In this document: piece by piece, positions 37,701 through 50,503 of the stretch | Numbering within the stretch: position 1 is the stretch's first letter | How the letters are laid out: each line of letters begins with the position of its first letter | Notes under the pieces: generated by a model | What the model saw: the letters and a program-made list of their open reading frames with translations, nothing else | What the model was told of the DNA's origin: nothing | The model's database searches: none | Source: Eledone cirrhosa | Lineage: Eukaryota | Reading direction: 5' to 3' | Assembly: GCA_964016885.1 (NCBI GenBank) | Contig: OZ024745.1 | Location: 19,034,001 to 19,098,000, forward strand | DNA: 64,000 nt | Program-made: the position numbers and the translations under genes

Positions 37701-39228
37701 GTAAATAATCCAAACGGAGAACCCATATTATTCAGTTAACATAATACATTATCATTATTTACAATATAGAAAATCCTGAAATCTCCTTTACATTATTAAG
37801 GGTTTCTTACAATTAAAAACTGACAAATTCCTTGTTTTTAACCCTTCTTCTTTTTTGTCTTTTTCTTCTTTTTCTTCTGTTTCTTCTTTTTCTTCTTTTT
37901 CTTTTTCTTCATCCTCTTATTCCTGAGAGGGTTGTGGAGGCAGAGTCCTCAAACACTCCTTCCAACTATCCCCAAGCGAGACCAGACAAGCTCATCAATG
38001 TTATCCAACCATTTTGGTCGGGGTGTATCCCTGGCTCTCCTGCCAGTTGGTTTTGGCCATAAAATCTGCCCAGCGATTCTTTCCTGAGATATTCTAACCA
38101 CATAGCTGTGATTTCTTAATTCAGAGAAGTAATGGCTCTACCTGGAGTGACTCTCTGCTCTCTGAGCTACACACTCTGTCGAGTAACATTACTCCAAAGA
38201 CCATTTTTGAACCCATATTTCAAATAAAATGCACTGCTTATGATTTCCAAATAATTTTGAAAATAATCATGAATTTGGAAGAATTTAGTAATTAATTTTC
38301 TCACTATTAAACTGATGTTTGAAATATAACTAACAAACATTATATATATCTAGCTGATTTCTTACTTTTATGAAGCACTGAGAAGATAAAGTTAATATAA
38401 AGAATGATGTGCCCTACTTTATAGCGTCTCCATTCATAGGCACCTCATTATTTATATTAACTTTATTATCTCAGCTCTTTAAAAGTCCAAGAGATTAGCT
38501 CTGTATACATTACGTTTGTTTATTACGATGTTTACTGTGATGTTTGCGATTCAGCTATCTAATTTAAGACAGTAAGAGTTGTCAGTTCCTTGTCTTAATG
38601 GTTTAAAGCACCTAACTGGTATCTGGGAGATATGGGGTTTAAAGCACCTAACTGGTATCTGGGAGATATGGGGTTCAACTCCTCATTGCAGCCAATAGCT
38701 ACTTTTTCCACATTTAAAGTTCTTCACCTTATTTTATAAAGTATTTTATAACCTCTCTACACATGAGTACATATGTGTATTGTATATTGAATAATATATG
38801 GGATGTTTATGAAAAACATTTGAAGCCTCAGCAAAAACAGGCTGGATGTCTGATGATGATCACAACCTTAAAAATATGTATATTTATAAGTATACCGCTA
38901 TGTAGCAGCACCAATACAATTTTTTTTAATTTAAGCCTGGCCGGGTACCGTTCCGTATGCAAATAAGTTTTATCAACTCATAAACATAAGCTGAAATCTA
39001 TTATTCAATATGCAGTATTGCACATTATTATTGTTTCTACTTTTGGCACAAGGCCAGCAATAACCCAGTGCATTACTGGTACTTTATTTTATCAACCCTG
39101 TAAGGATGAAAGGCAAAGTTAACCTTGGTGGTATTTGAACTCAAACCGTAAAGGGCTAAAATATATAATATATAATGTATGTATTTTATGTAAAATATAT
39201 ATGTATATCTTTTTATGGTTTATATTAG

Positions 39229-39432
39229 GTTCGTGAGATGATTACTGTTAATCCAGATGTACTGGGCAACTCACCAACTACAACAGCAACTGCTAGCATT
39301 AATGTTGCTTTGCTTGATCAGAATGACAATATACCAATATTTAATTCCAACTATACAGCTAGAATACCAGAAGACATAGTAAACAATGATGTTGTTCCTC
39401 AATTATGGATGATTGTCTATGATAAAGATTTG
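39229..39432 (+). CDS. Cadherin exon 10 (VREMI...LLDQNDNIPIF...YDKDL)
   Basis: attag acceptor, gttagt donor; DQNDNxP, PE and DxD motifs. Confidence 0.94.
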
Positions 39433-41360
39433 GTTAGTTATCATCTTCTCCTTCTTCTTAGTGTATTCTGTTTTGTTTCTGTTGTTTTTTGTTGTGTTTT
39501 GTCTTTATTTTGTCTTTATTTGTTTGGTCTGGAAGAAGTTGTGCCCATGGCCATCAGCATCAAAGAGATTGGCATGGTCAATGTTCCTTTTGAAGGCATG
39601 CTGTTTAGTGGCTAAAGTATTGATTTCAAAATGGTAAGGCTGGGGGAAGTTTGATTCGCAAACTAGTTGACACATATTCTTGAATATGGCTCTTCATTTC
39701 CTCATACAAACTACAGCCCACTCAGTAACCAGGGTTTAACCCTGTGAAGAACTTGTGTCCCATCTTGTAAACTGTTGTTTAATGTCACCTAGCTCTCAGT
39801 ACTGCTCACTCGAGGAGACTTGATGGTTCCTACACCAAGATGTTAGGGGTGATATTCAATATTTCATGTCAAAGTCACACTACCAACAAGATTCATTATG
39901 GTGATGTGCCACGAGTTTCATAAAAAATTCAATCCCATTGTTTGGCTCTTGCTGGTCATCTTTCCTGTCATGATGAACCTGCAGGGAAACTGTTTCACTG
40001 GTCACTAAATGCAGGGAACCAAGTAAGACATCTAAACATAACCATCAGGACTCTGTTGGCAAGAGAGACTGGCCTCACTGGACAGGATCTTCTTGATTCA
40101 CTGAGAGATCAAGAAGTCTAAAACAAGAACTGTGTGCCTCACCTTCAATGGAGGAATGACACAAGACAAAAAAAAACGACAAGTTCTGGCCTACATCCTG
40201 CCCATGACTACATTTGAAGATGGACATTAAACTGACGATGATGATGTTCTTCTTGAACATCAACAAGAACAATTGTGCAGAGAAAGAATTCCAAAGGTGT
40301 GACAATCTGGAGAAAAAAGGACTAAATTAAGTGACAAAATTATCAAACTCAGAATAGTCATAGGTAGTAGAATGGCAACAGCTATCTTCAGGTATACACA
40401 GGTGATATGTTTTGATGATAATTGTTGGGTGAAGAAGTATCAAGAAATCTTATAACTCATGGTGGAGTTGTAGGGGTGCCATAGTCACATACTGCATTTG
40501 TTGGGCATTTTAAGCTTGATGGAGCCCATCCCTCTCCAGGTCTGAACACGGCAGATTTCTTCCAGAGAAGGATAGAAAGTGAGAGAGAGGAAATGAGAAA
40601 GATATGTAGAGGAAGAATCAGCCCCTGTACTAGACTGGTACATTTTATTAACCTCAAATGAATGAAAGGCAAAGTTGACCTTAACAGGATTTAAAGTTGG
40701 GGAGCAGAGAGCTCTAACAAATACCACAAAGCATGCTATCCAATGTTCTAATGACTTTCACAATTCACCACTTAGATATATGGGCTTTTGCACAGTTTCC
40801 ATCTCACTATTCACTGCCTATATATATGTAGAAGATCCCACAATAGGGTGAAAGCAGTGATTCTTTGCTTAAACTTTAATTGGTACTAATAATAAATATT
40901 TTCTCTATGGGTTTACATATACTTTTTTATTATTATTATAAAATATATATATATATATATTCCTTATCAAGCCCTCTTCTAATTTTGGTCTTCGTACTTA
41001 TTATTACTATATATATATAGAAGGCCAAGGCTAAACAGAAAAAATGAATGGAATAAAAACAACACCCAAACAAACAACACTAACCTAAGTGAAGTATAAA
41101 TAAATAAATAAATAGATAAATAAATAAATACATACACAAGCACAATAACAACAAACACATATAAACACACACTAGTAAAGATAGAATACATTAACCAATA
41201 CACAGTCACCCAATCACGAACACACATCAAACAAAACACTATACACACACGCAAACGCATGCGCAAAGAAGACAAAATAAAATAAACAAATAAATAAATA
41301 TATAAACAGACTAAATAAAGATGGCGTAGAAAATACAATGCAACGGGAGGAAACAATAGC

Positions 41361-41402
41361 ATCACTGACGATGTTGCAGATGTGCAACGAAAGAACTTTG
41401 AT
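41361..41402 (+). ncRNA. Minimal type I hammerhead ribozyme motif (Penelope-like)
   Basis: ATCA-CTGACGA-T-GTTGCA-gatg-TGCAAC-GAAA-G-aa-CT-T-TGAT: conserved core, stems I and II pair, very short stem III. Confidence 0.7.
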
Positions 41403-41604
41403 AAACTATATATATGTGTTTGTGTCTATATTGTATCTGTATTTTTGACCGTTGGTCAGTCAATGGCAACATTGAGGACCGAATAAATTAAATTACCGAT
41501 ATAAAAGAAAAAGAAGCGAAAAGCGAAAACCAACCAAACAAACAGTGAGTGTGTTCTGTTATTAATTCTGGCAATATTACACAAATATGACCCTCCCCAA
41601 GTAT

Positions 41605-41642
<38 letters not shown>

Positions 41643-41703
41643 GGGTTTTTGCGTAGATTCCATCTCCCAATTCTCTACCTATATATATACATTTTTTATT
41701 TTT

Positions 41704-42088
41704 TCAGTAGGCACCTCTTAACCAAATACACACCCCAACCTCACTACCCCTACTCCATCCTCCAACTCCCACCAACACCACCCTTGCTCTGTAAAGTTAT
41801 GTTGGTACCACAACATCCAGTCCAAACTAAAGAGGTTGTGTAGGTGTCACAACAAAAAAGCACCCAGTCCATGCTGTAAAGTGGTCGTGTAGGTAACACG
41901 GTAAGAAGGCTCTCAGTTCACGCTGTAAAGTGTCATATAGGAGACATGGTAAAAAGGCTCCCAGTCCACACTCTAAATGTGGTTGGTGTTAGGGAGGGCA
42001 TCCAGCCGTAGAAATCAAGCCAGAATCAGTTCTCGTCCCACCCTTGCAAGCAGGGAAAAAGCGGACGTAAAATGAAATGATGATGATT
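41704..42088 (+). mobile_element. 5'-truncated RTE 3' UTR copy
   Basis: Matches the reverse complement of the LINE 3' UTR from TCAGTAGGCA to the (TGA)n tail. Confidence 0.8.
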
Positions 42089-42294
42089 ATATATATATGT
42101 ATATGGGCTTTGGGCTTTGCACAGATTCCATCTACCAAATTTCACATATAAGATATTAGTCAACCCAAGGTGATAGAAGACATATGCTGCTCAATGTAAC
42201 ACAAAGTGGGACAGAACCCCAAATCATTTGATTTCATGTGAACCTCTTAACCACAGATCCACATTTGTACCCATGTGTGTCCCATGAACTCCTG

Positions 42295-42630
42295 TGTCAC
42301 CTTTCTATTTCACCCAGTCATATGTGACTTCTCCATGTCATCTTCTGACCTCCCTATGTCACGTGTGACCTCTCCATGTCATGTGTGACCTCTCCATGTC
42401 ATCTTCTTACCTCTCCATGTCATCTGACCTCCCCATGTCATGTGTGACCTCTTCACATCTTCTTCTGACCTCTCCATATCATCATCTGGACCTCCCTGTG
42501 TTATATGTGACCTCTCCATGTCATCATCTGACCTCTCTGTGTCATATGTGACCTCGCCATGTCATCTTCTTACCTCTGTCCTGTGACCCCTCCATCTTCT
42601 GACCTCTGTGTCATGTATGTGATCTCCCTA
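42295..42630. repeat. Degenerate ~20-bp tandem repeat (TGTCATGTGTGACCTCTCCA)
   Basis: Visible recurrence just upstream of exon 11. Confidence 0.85.
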
Positions 42631-42685
42631 TATTATATGTGCCTAAACATCAACAGACAATAATTTGTATGTTCTTTAATTGCAG

Positions 42686-42841
42686 GGTAATAATGCCAAC
42701 TACAGCTTTCATTTAGACACTTTTGGTTCTGTCTTCTATCCCTTCCCTGCATTTGGGGTAGGTTTGTCAAATGTTGGACTAAAGGTGAAGAACACTTCCT
42801 ATATTGATTATGAGAAAGGACCCCGAGTTTATAATTTCAAG
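42686..42841 (+). CDS. Cadherin exon 11 (GNNANYSF...IDYEKGPRVYNFK)
   Basis: ttgcag acceptor, gtatgt donor; IDYE motif. Confidence 0.93.
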
Positions 42842-43251
42842 GTATGTATACATAAATGTGTGTGTGTATCTATCTAGGGAATGTAACGTGCAATTACTGT
42901 AGATTCACCCAAGTGAGCTTTTGATTCTAGAGTCAGGCTAGATCGATACAGATCAAACCATGAGCTGATCAATAGCAAAACGTGTGTCACTACTCAATAA
43001 ACATAATGAAAACATAACAAATTATCCTTTTATTGGATTGGTAGAATTGGTAGAGGGTCGGATGCCATGCTTTGCAGCATAAGAGTTACGGCCCTTTATG
43101 ATCTGAGTTCAAATCCTGCTGAGGTTAACTTTACCTTTCATCCTTACGGGGTTGATAAAATAAAATACCAGTCACGCACTGGGGTCGATTTAATCGACTT
43201 TCTCCTCCCCCAAAATTGCTGGCCTTGTGCCAAAAATAGAAACAATTATTG

Positions 43252-44534
43252 TCTATATATATAAAACTGAGAATGTCTGTCTGTGTGTGTGAGTTTGAAT
43301 CCCTAAAACTCGAGAAGCACCCAACCGATTGTTTTCAAACTTTACACATGTAATACTTATGTTTCATGGAGTGTTCTGAGCAAAAGAAATTTCAAATTTT
43401 CAATGCCCTAGGGACTGCATTAGGTGATTTAGCGATCTCTCTCTATAATTCTTAGTCTTTCTCTTTTTAGATAGATACATACGTCGCGCCTTTATAATAT
43501 GTCTGTATGTCTGGCTGTTTGCATTACGTCACTTCCTACAAATCCGTCTGCGTCCAGAACGCGCCCTTATAATATCTGTCTGTATGTCTGGCTCTCTGCT
43601 GCCTCCAGTAATTCTGCCACCCTTGCTCAAGACAAATCTCACACTAATTCCCCAAACAGTTGGTAAGTGCACACAACTTCTTCCTCACGTTTTAAGCCAC
43701 AGTGTTGCTTACTTACGTACCACCAGACCCTTACTTCTTTGCTAGCCATGGTTGTGGCAATACTAAGCTTAGCTAAGGCGGTTATATATTTCACACAACA
43801 CTAAAAATGAAAGCCGGTAACTATGTATTAGTCAGTCGCCTCTACATATCGTGAGCAAAGAAAATCCAACTTTTAGTTGAGCGAGTGAAATAAAGTCAAT
43901 CCTGCTGCGATTCAAAAATCAGGTTTGCAAGTTATATATTTCACACAACACTAAAAATTAAAGCCGGTAAAGAAAAACATCGCTATAATAGTTTCAGTTT
44001 TCACAATGTTGCTTACTTACGTGTCTTTACAAGAACAAAAGTTACCAGGGAGTGTTATGCACATAAAAATTCAACGTTTTGATCCCCAGGGGCCCGCTTT
44101 AGGTGAAAAACTGCGTTTTTCAGCTTTTCAGGGGTATTTTGAGGCGTTACGTCAGACTGATTTCCTTGAAATCGTAATTATGTATTAGTCAGTCTCTTTT
44201 TCATACCGTGAGCAAAGAAAATCCAACTTTTTTATGGCCTAGGGCCCGCATTTGGTGAAAAACTTCGTTTTTTCAGCTTTTTAGGGCTTTTTTTAGGCCT
44301 TACGTCTAACCGATTTTCCTGAAATTTCAAGGTATATTATGCCCATTAAAAAAATTCATTTTCTTGATGCCCTAGGGCCTGCATTAGGTGAAAACCTGCA
44401 TTTTTCCTGCTTCAGAGTATTCGGTTTATTTTCTTTACATATTGTTGAGGCATGCAGTTTTTCCAGGATTAGCTCTTTTGGTGGTCTGCATTCCAAAATA
44501 CCTTATCCCGTGCAATGCCAGGTACCACTGCTAG
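43252..44534 (+). mobile_element. Non-autonomous Helitron-like element
   Basis: 5' TCTATATATATAAAA followed by (CTGT)/(GT) microsatellite; 3' degenerate GC hairpin CCCGTGCAATGCCAGG then CTAG|T; internal direct repeats; no TSD. Confidence 0.75.
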
Positions 44535-44554
44535 TCATATATATATAATGAGAG

Positions 44555-44712
44555 AGAGAGCATCTTATACAAATCACTGAAGGGGAGATAAAACAACATT
44601 CCCTAGGGACATACTCACATTCAAGCAACTTATTTAAGTAGCTTGAATGTGAGTATATCCCTAGGGAATTATGTTTTATCTCCCCTTCAGTGATTTGTAT
44701 AAGATGCTCTCT
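44555..44712. repeat. Near-perfect 158-nt palindrome flanked by TA repeats
   Basis: AGAGAGCATCTTATACAAATCACTGAAGGGG... is mirrored; centre ACTTA-TT-TAAGT. Confidence 0.93.
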
Positions 44713-45235
44713 ATATATATTTACTTCTCTTTTCATTGAGATGTGACGTGCATTTGTGATGAATTTAATTATGTTTAATAATAATAATTGTTTCTACTTT
44801 TGGCACAAGGCCAGCAATTACCCAGTGCATTACTGGTACTTTATTTTATCGACCCCATAAGGATGAAAGTTAACCTTCGTGGGATTTGAACTCAGATCAT
44901 AAATGGGCGTAATTCTTTGCTACAAAGCATGGCGTCCGACCTTCTACCGATACTGCCAATCCACCACCCTTATAATAATAATAATAATATATACCTGTCT
45001 GTATTTTTTGTTGTTGTTGTATTAATGCGACAACATACCTCTGGTAACATTATTCATTGTGTCGTTATTACTTAACTTCTTGTGTTCACTTTGAGGGGAA
45101 ATTTATTAATTACTTTATCATTGAGTGCTTTGTGATGGTCTTTCAAAATCAATTGGATACAAATCTGCTTCTTGCAGCTGCAACTTCGATTATACTCATT
45201 ACTATTATTATTACTATTATTATTATTATTATTAT

Positions 45236-46511
45236 TTCAATCTCAGTCATTGATGTTATTTAACTGGAAAGTTTGTTGAAATGAATATCAAGCCGCTACC
45301 TGCAGCCTCAGACATTCAGGACGTATCGGAGGGTTCTTGCTGTTCCCAGCAAGCATGCCTTTTGAAGTGTTCCAAAAAACGGAGCTGGACTAATCTTCTT
45401 TAACCATCCTTGGAAACTCTTTGAGATAGTACCTAGTGCGCCTATGACAATCGGGACCACTTTGACTTCATGGCAGTTCCAAATCCTTTTTAACTCCCAC
45501 TTTAAATCGTGGTATCGATTAATTTTCTCCCTCTCCTTTTCTTGCACTCTCGTGTCAAATGGGCAGGCTACATCCACAATCAGGCGCAATCTTTTTTCCT
45601 TGTCCAAAACCACCAGGTCAGGCATATTGTGTTCTAATTTCTTGTCCGTCTGTATCTTAAAATCCCATAGCACCTTCACCTGATCATTTTCTATCACCGA
45701 CTCTGGCTTATGCTCATACCACTACTCAGAATGTGGTAAATTGTTTACTTTGCATAGGTGCCAGTGGATCACCCTGCCTATCACATCATGTCTCCAGCCT
45801 TTATAGTGAGTCTGGGCTAGCTGTTTACACTTGGATACAATGTGAGCCACAGTCTCCTCTCTCTCCACAGATCCTACACAGTAAGCTAGCCTCCTCCTTG
45901 TCAATATGGTGTTTCACCCACTTCGTTCTGAGGGCTTGCTCTTGCGCAGCCATTAGCATTCCTTCTGTAGCTTTTTTAAGGTCTCTTTTTAACCAGTTCC
46001 ATGTCTGTGGATCTCTAAATTCCGTTTTCTTAAAGAAGGTGCTATGAAGGGATTTTTCATGAAGGTTGCTCTTCCTCCTTGCTGTTATTTCCTCCTTGGA
46101 CATCACCTGGTCTATTGTCTTCTCCTTCAGTACAATTTTGAGTATTGGTTCCCTACTGACAGTCACATATTTGTGCAGGTTGTTTTTCTCCATCTGAACA
46201 CAGTCCTCTATGCTGATAAGACCTCTTCCACCTTCAGATCTCTTTAAGTAGAGTCTATCGACATCACTTGTGGAACATGTTGTAGATAGTCATTAGCTTC
46301 CTAGTCTTCCTATCCATTTCTTTTTGTTCAGCAACATTCCATCTCAGAATTCTCGCACTGTACCTAATAATAGACACAGCTCGGGAATTTACTGCACTTA
46401 TGGCATTCCTACTGTTCAGATGTGATTTTAATATGCTCCTTACTCTCCGAATGTACTCAGATCTTATCAATTCCTTCATTTTTTGTTCTTGATGTCATCT
46501 GCCTCCAGATT
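45236..46511 (-). mobile_element. 5'-truncated Dong/R4-type LINE in (TAA)n
   Basis: CCHC finger and PD-(D/E)xK RLE ORF pieces; collinear with 59160-60442; (TAT)n on both flanks. Confidence 0.92.
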
Positions 46512-47249
46512 CATTATTATTATTATTATTATTATTATTTATCATTTATCATTTATCCTTTATTATTTTTTATCTTTTACCCGTTTGTGATCTTTAAATG
46601 TAAATTTATAGTTATTCATTTAACTTCTCCCTCCCCCACCCCTTAATAACCCATTAATAACCCATTAGTAAGTGTATATAAAAGGATCCCAGGACCTCTG
46701 TCAACAGTTTAGATATGTATTTGCATATATAAACACGCATATCGCAGGAGATGTCAAAGAAGAATCAAACTCCATCATTATGATTGTACCCTGAGCTGAT
46801 TGATGTCAAAACAATTGTAATATGCCAATAAAGTTTGTATATATGCTGCAACACTGACTTCGGTTCTACCTACTCTATTTACACTCTGTATACTACAGCT
46901 TCCTTAACTCTGGAATACAACCTAACATGAGTTGGAACTCATAATAGCATTGAGTGCTTCAAACAGTGTATCACCTGTAACAGTAGTTACACACCCAACT
47001 AATGTGTGTGTGTGTTGTATCGTTTATGACCAGATTATCCTTACTTTCCCTGCTAGCAATTGTTGGATGGGTCATAAGTAGAGGGGATTGGTACTCAAGC
47101 CCATATACTTACACCAGCACTATGAATGTTGTCATGTCTTTGACACAGCTGAAGAATTCTTTTGACCCTTTGTTTGGCACATTTTCTATGACTGGATTCT
47201 TTACTATCATCAACCACACTATAGAATGTATTGATTGTGTTTATCATGT

Positions 47250-47925
47250 AAATAAACCCCTCTACTTAGCTTTTGTTGACTTGGAGAAAACCTTTGACAG
47301 AGTCCCACGCTCCATTATCTGGTGGGCTCTTAGAAAACTAGGGGTAGATGAGTGGCTTGTGAGAGCTATACAAGCCATGTATAGAGAAACAGTCAGCAAG
47401 GTTAGAATTAACAATGAATATAGTGAAGAATTTAGTGTAAAAGTAGGTGTTCACCAAGGCTGCATCCTTAGCCCCCTCCTGTTTATTATTTTCCTACAAG
47501 CTATAACAGAAGAGTTTAAGACTGGCTGCCCATGGGAACTTCTATATGCAGATGATCTAACTCTCATAGCTGAATCTATGCCTGAACTAGAGAAGAAATT
47601 CCAAATATGAAAGAATGGTCTAAAATCTAAAGGCCTTAAAGTTAACTTGTCTATGACTAAAGTTCTAGTATGTAGAAAGGTAAATAGGGTACAGGTGTCC
47701 TCTAGGAAAAGGCCATGCTCAGTGTGTAAGAAAGGAGTAGGTAGAAATTCCCTTCTATGCCCCAAATGCAAACTATGGGTACATAAAAGATGTAGTGGGA
47801 TCACTGGTAAGCTATCTAAGAATGTAGATTTTATATGTGGCCGATGCTTAGTAGCGAGTGCCCACTGGATACTAGCTCCTTCAACTGCCCAGATGGTTCA
47901 ATAGAAATGGTAGACACTTCTGTTA
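47250..47925 (+). mobile_element. Degenerate RT+PHD fragment of the same RTE family
   Basis: KPLYLAFVDLEK.FD...YADD...PCSVCKKGVGRNSLLCPKCKLWVHKRC; premature stop at 47608-47610. Confidence 0.92.
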
Positions 47926-48185
47926 CTAAAATCTTCCAACATAATTTTATATAAAAAAAACCTTTCATTAAGTTACTATCTTAGTAATGAAATAATTAAT
48001 AAGTTTGAAATTCTTTATTAATTAATCAAAATAGTGTATTTCATTAGTAATGTAGCCATGAAAGGGTTAAATATATTTATTTTACTTAAACATATTATAT
48101 ATGGGCTCATATATACCTTTATCCATAATATCATTTTCTCTCTCTGAAACATATTGTGTCTAACTAAATAATGTAAATGTTTCAG

Positions 48186-48350
48186 CTAATTGCCAAGGAA
48201 ATCTACACAACGGAAAGGAACTCTGGATTTACATATGTCACTATTTATATAGAAGATATCAATGACAATGCCCCAACGGTGAACAAGTCTCTTTTGATAG
48301 CAACAGTGTCAGAAATGGCTCCATCTGGGTACAAAGTGATTGATATAGAT
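48186..48350 (+). CDS. Cadherin exon 12 (LIAKE...IEDINDNAPT...VIDID)
   Basis: tttcag acceptor, gtaagc donor; DINDNAP. Confidence 0.95.
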
Positions 48351-48379
48351 GTAAGCATGATGATGTGCTTTTTATTATT

Positions 48380-48433
<54 letters not shown>

Positions 48434-50503
48434 GAAGAAGAAAGGGTGTAAAATTTGTTGTTTTTACCTTCCTTTGTTATTGTTGTCATTGTTGTTGCTG
48501 CTTCCGTTGCTGCTGATACTGACAGTTTTACTGATGTTGCTGTTTTTGCTGCTGATGCTCCCAGCAGAAGGAAGCTGTAGTAGAGAAAGACCAATGACCC
48601 GGGCAGATGTGGTGAGATGGAATCTCAGAATACTGACCCTGACAGAGGAAATGATAAAGAAATAGATGTGGAAGGATGCTGTGTTAGAAAAGAGTAAAGA
48701 CTTGTACAACCCATCCAAGCATGGAAATATATGTATATTTATTGTGTGCAGAGCAATGAAGCTATGCTGCACACACTCATCGAGTGTCTGAGTATTTCTG
48801 ACTTGTGGGTTTATGTTGAACACCTGCTGTCATGTGTAAGACAGATCTGACTATCTGCTGAGTCCATTGTAAAGATTGCCATGGCAAAAGAGGCCATGTG
48901 GTGGACATGTCTGAAAAGATTGGAGACAAGCATTGTCCTCTTTGGTGAAGCACTGATTAACTGTTACAGGTTTCACTTGAAGAGAAAAATCAGGGTGGCG
49001 AGATAAGTGCTGCCTTCCAACCAATTTGTTGGAAGGTGAGTGAGAGTGGCAAGCATGGCTCGAGTGAATGGGCTTGCTATGAGTATGCACCTAGAGATTG
49101 GAGGAGAACAATTGGAAGGAGGCATTTGCCCTAGCGGTAAAGGGGGCCATGGATTTTTGTGGTCTTTCTCCATTTGAAACCCCACTATTGGGGAATTTAT
49201 TTTGTTTGAATTTTTACATGTTTTCCTTGTTTTTATTAAAACCTTTTTACATGCCAAAACCTACACTGTGTGATCATGTACCATCAAGTGCCATCTTAAT
49301 ATTTTCATAATGATAGCCCTGCATGGCTAATAAAGAAATCATTGTTATTATTATCATCATTATTGAAATAATAATAATTATTATTATTATTTGTATGGTG
49401 AATTGGCAGTATCGGTAGAGGGTCGGACATGCTTTCCAGCATAATTATGTCCCTTTACGATCTGAGTTCAAATCCAGACGAGGTTAACTTTGCCTTTCAT
49501 CCTTACGGGGTCGATAAAATAAAGTATCAGTAATGTACTGGGTAATTGCTGGCCTTGTGCCTAAAATAGAAACAATTATTTGTATTTTTCATTTGATTTC
49601 ACTTCATGTGCAATAATCAGATCAATCAGATACTTAGGGTAGGTGTCGTTGGTTTTGTTTGTTTTTGACAGCTTGTTTTGTGTGTGCGTGTATTCATTGT
49701 CACATCACAAAAGTTGACAGGTAAAACAAACAAATTGAGAAAGGGAGGAGAGGATACAAAGAAATCTAAAAGAGTATAAAGTATATGAATTACTTTTGCA
49801 TTGACGATATTTGAAAGATATCAAAATTCTCCCTCTCTTTTGTATTGTAATACATGTTTCAGCCATTGTGACCAATAGAGCAATAATAATAATTGTTTCT
49901 ACTATTGGCACAAGGCCAGCAATTTCCCAGTACATTACTGGTACTTTATTTTATCGACCCCGTAAGGATGAAAGGCAAAGCTAACCTCGGTGGGATTTGA
50001 ACTCAGAATGGCAAGGGCCGTAACTCTATGTGTCAAAGCATGGCGTCCGACCCTCTACCGATACTGCCAATTCACTGCCCATAGAACAATAATAATAATG
50101 GTTTCTGATTTAGACACAAGGCCAACAATTTTGGGGGAGGGGAAAGTTGATTAAATCGATCCCAGTGCATTACTGGTACTTTATTTTATCAAACCCGTGA
50201 GGATGAAAGGTAGAGCTAAATAATAATAATAATAATTGCTTCTACTTTTGGCACAAGGCCAGCAATTATCCCAGTGCATTACTGGTACTTATGATGACAA
50301 TAATAATACTTTATGGCATATGGTTACGGCCCTTTACAATCTGAGTTCAAATACTCCCGACGTTAGCTCTGCCTTTCATCCTTACGAGGTTGACAAAATA
50401 AAGTACCAGTAATGCACTGGGGTTGAGTTAATCGACTTTCCTCCCCAAAAAAATGCTGGCCTTGTGCCTAAATTAGTAACCATTATTATCATTATTATTA
50501 TAG

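Noticed and set aside
46788-46820. Hammerhead-like relic with ACAATTGT palindrome
   Set aside because: Both core boxes are mutated and there is no stem I.
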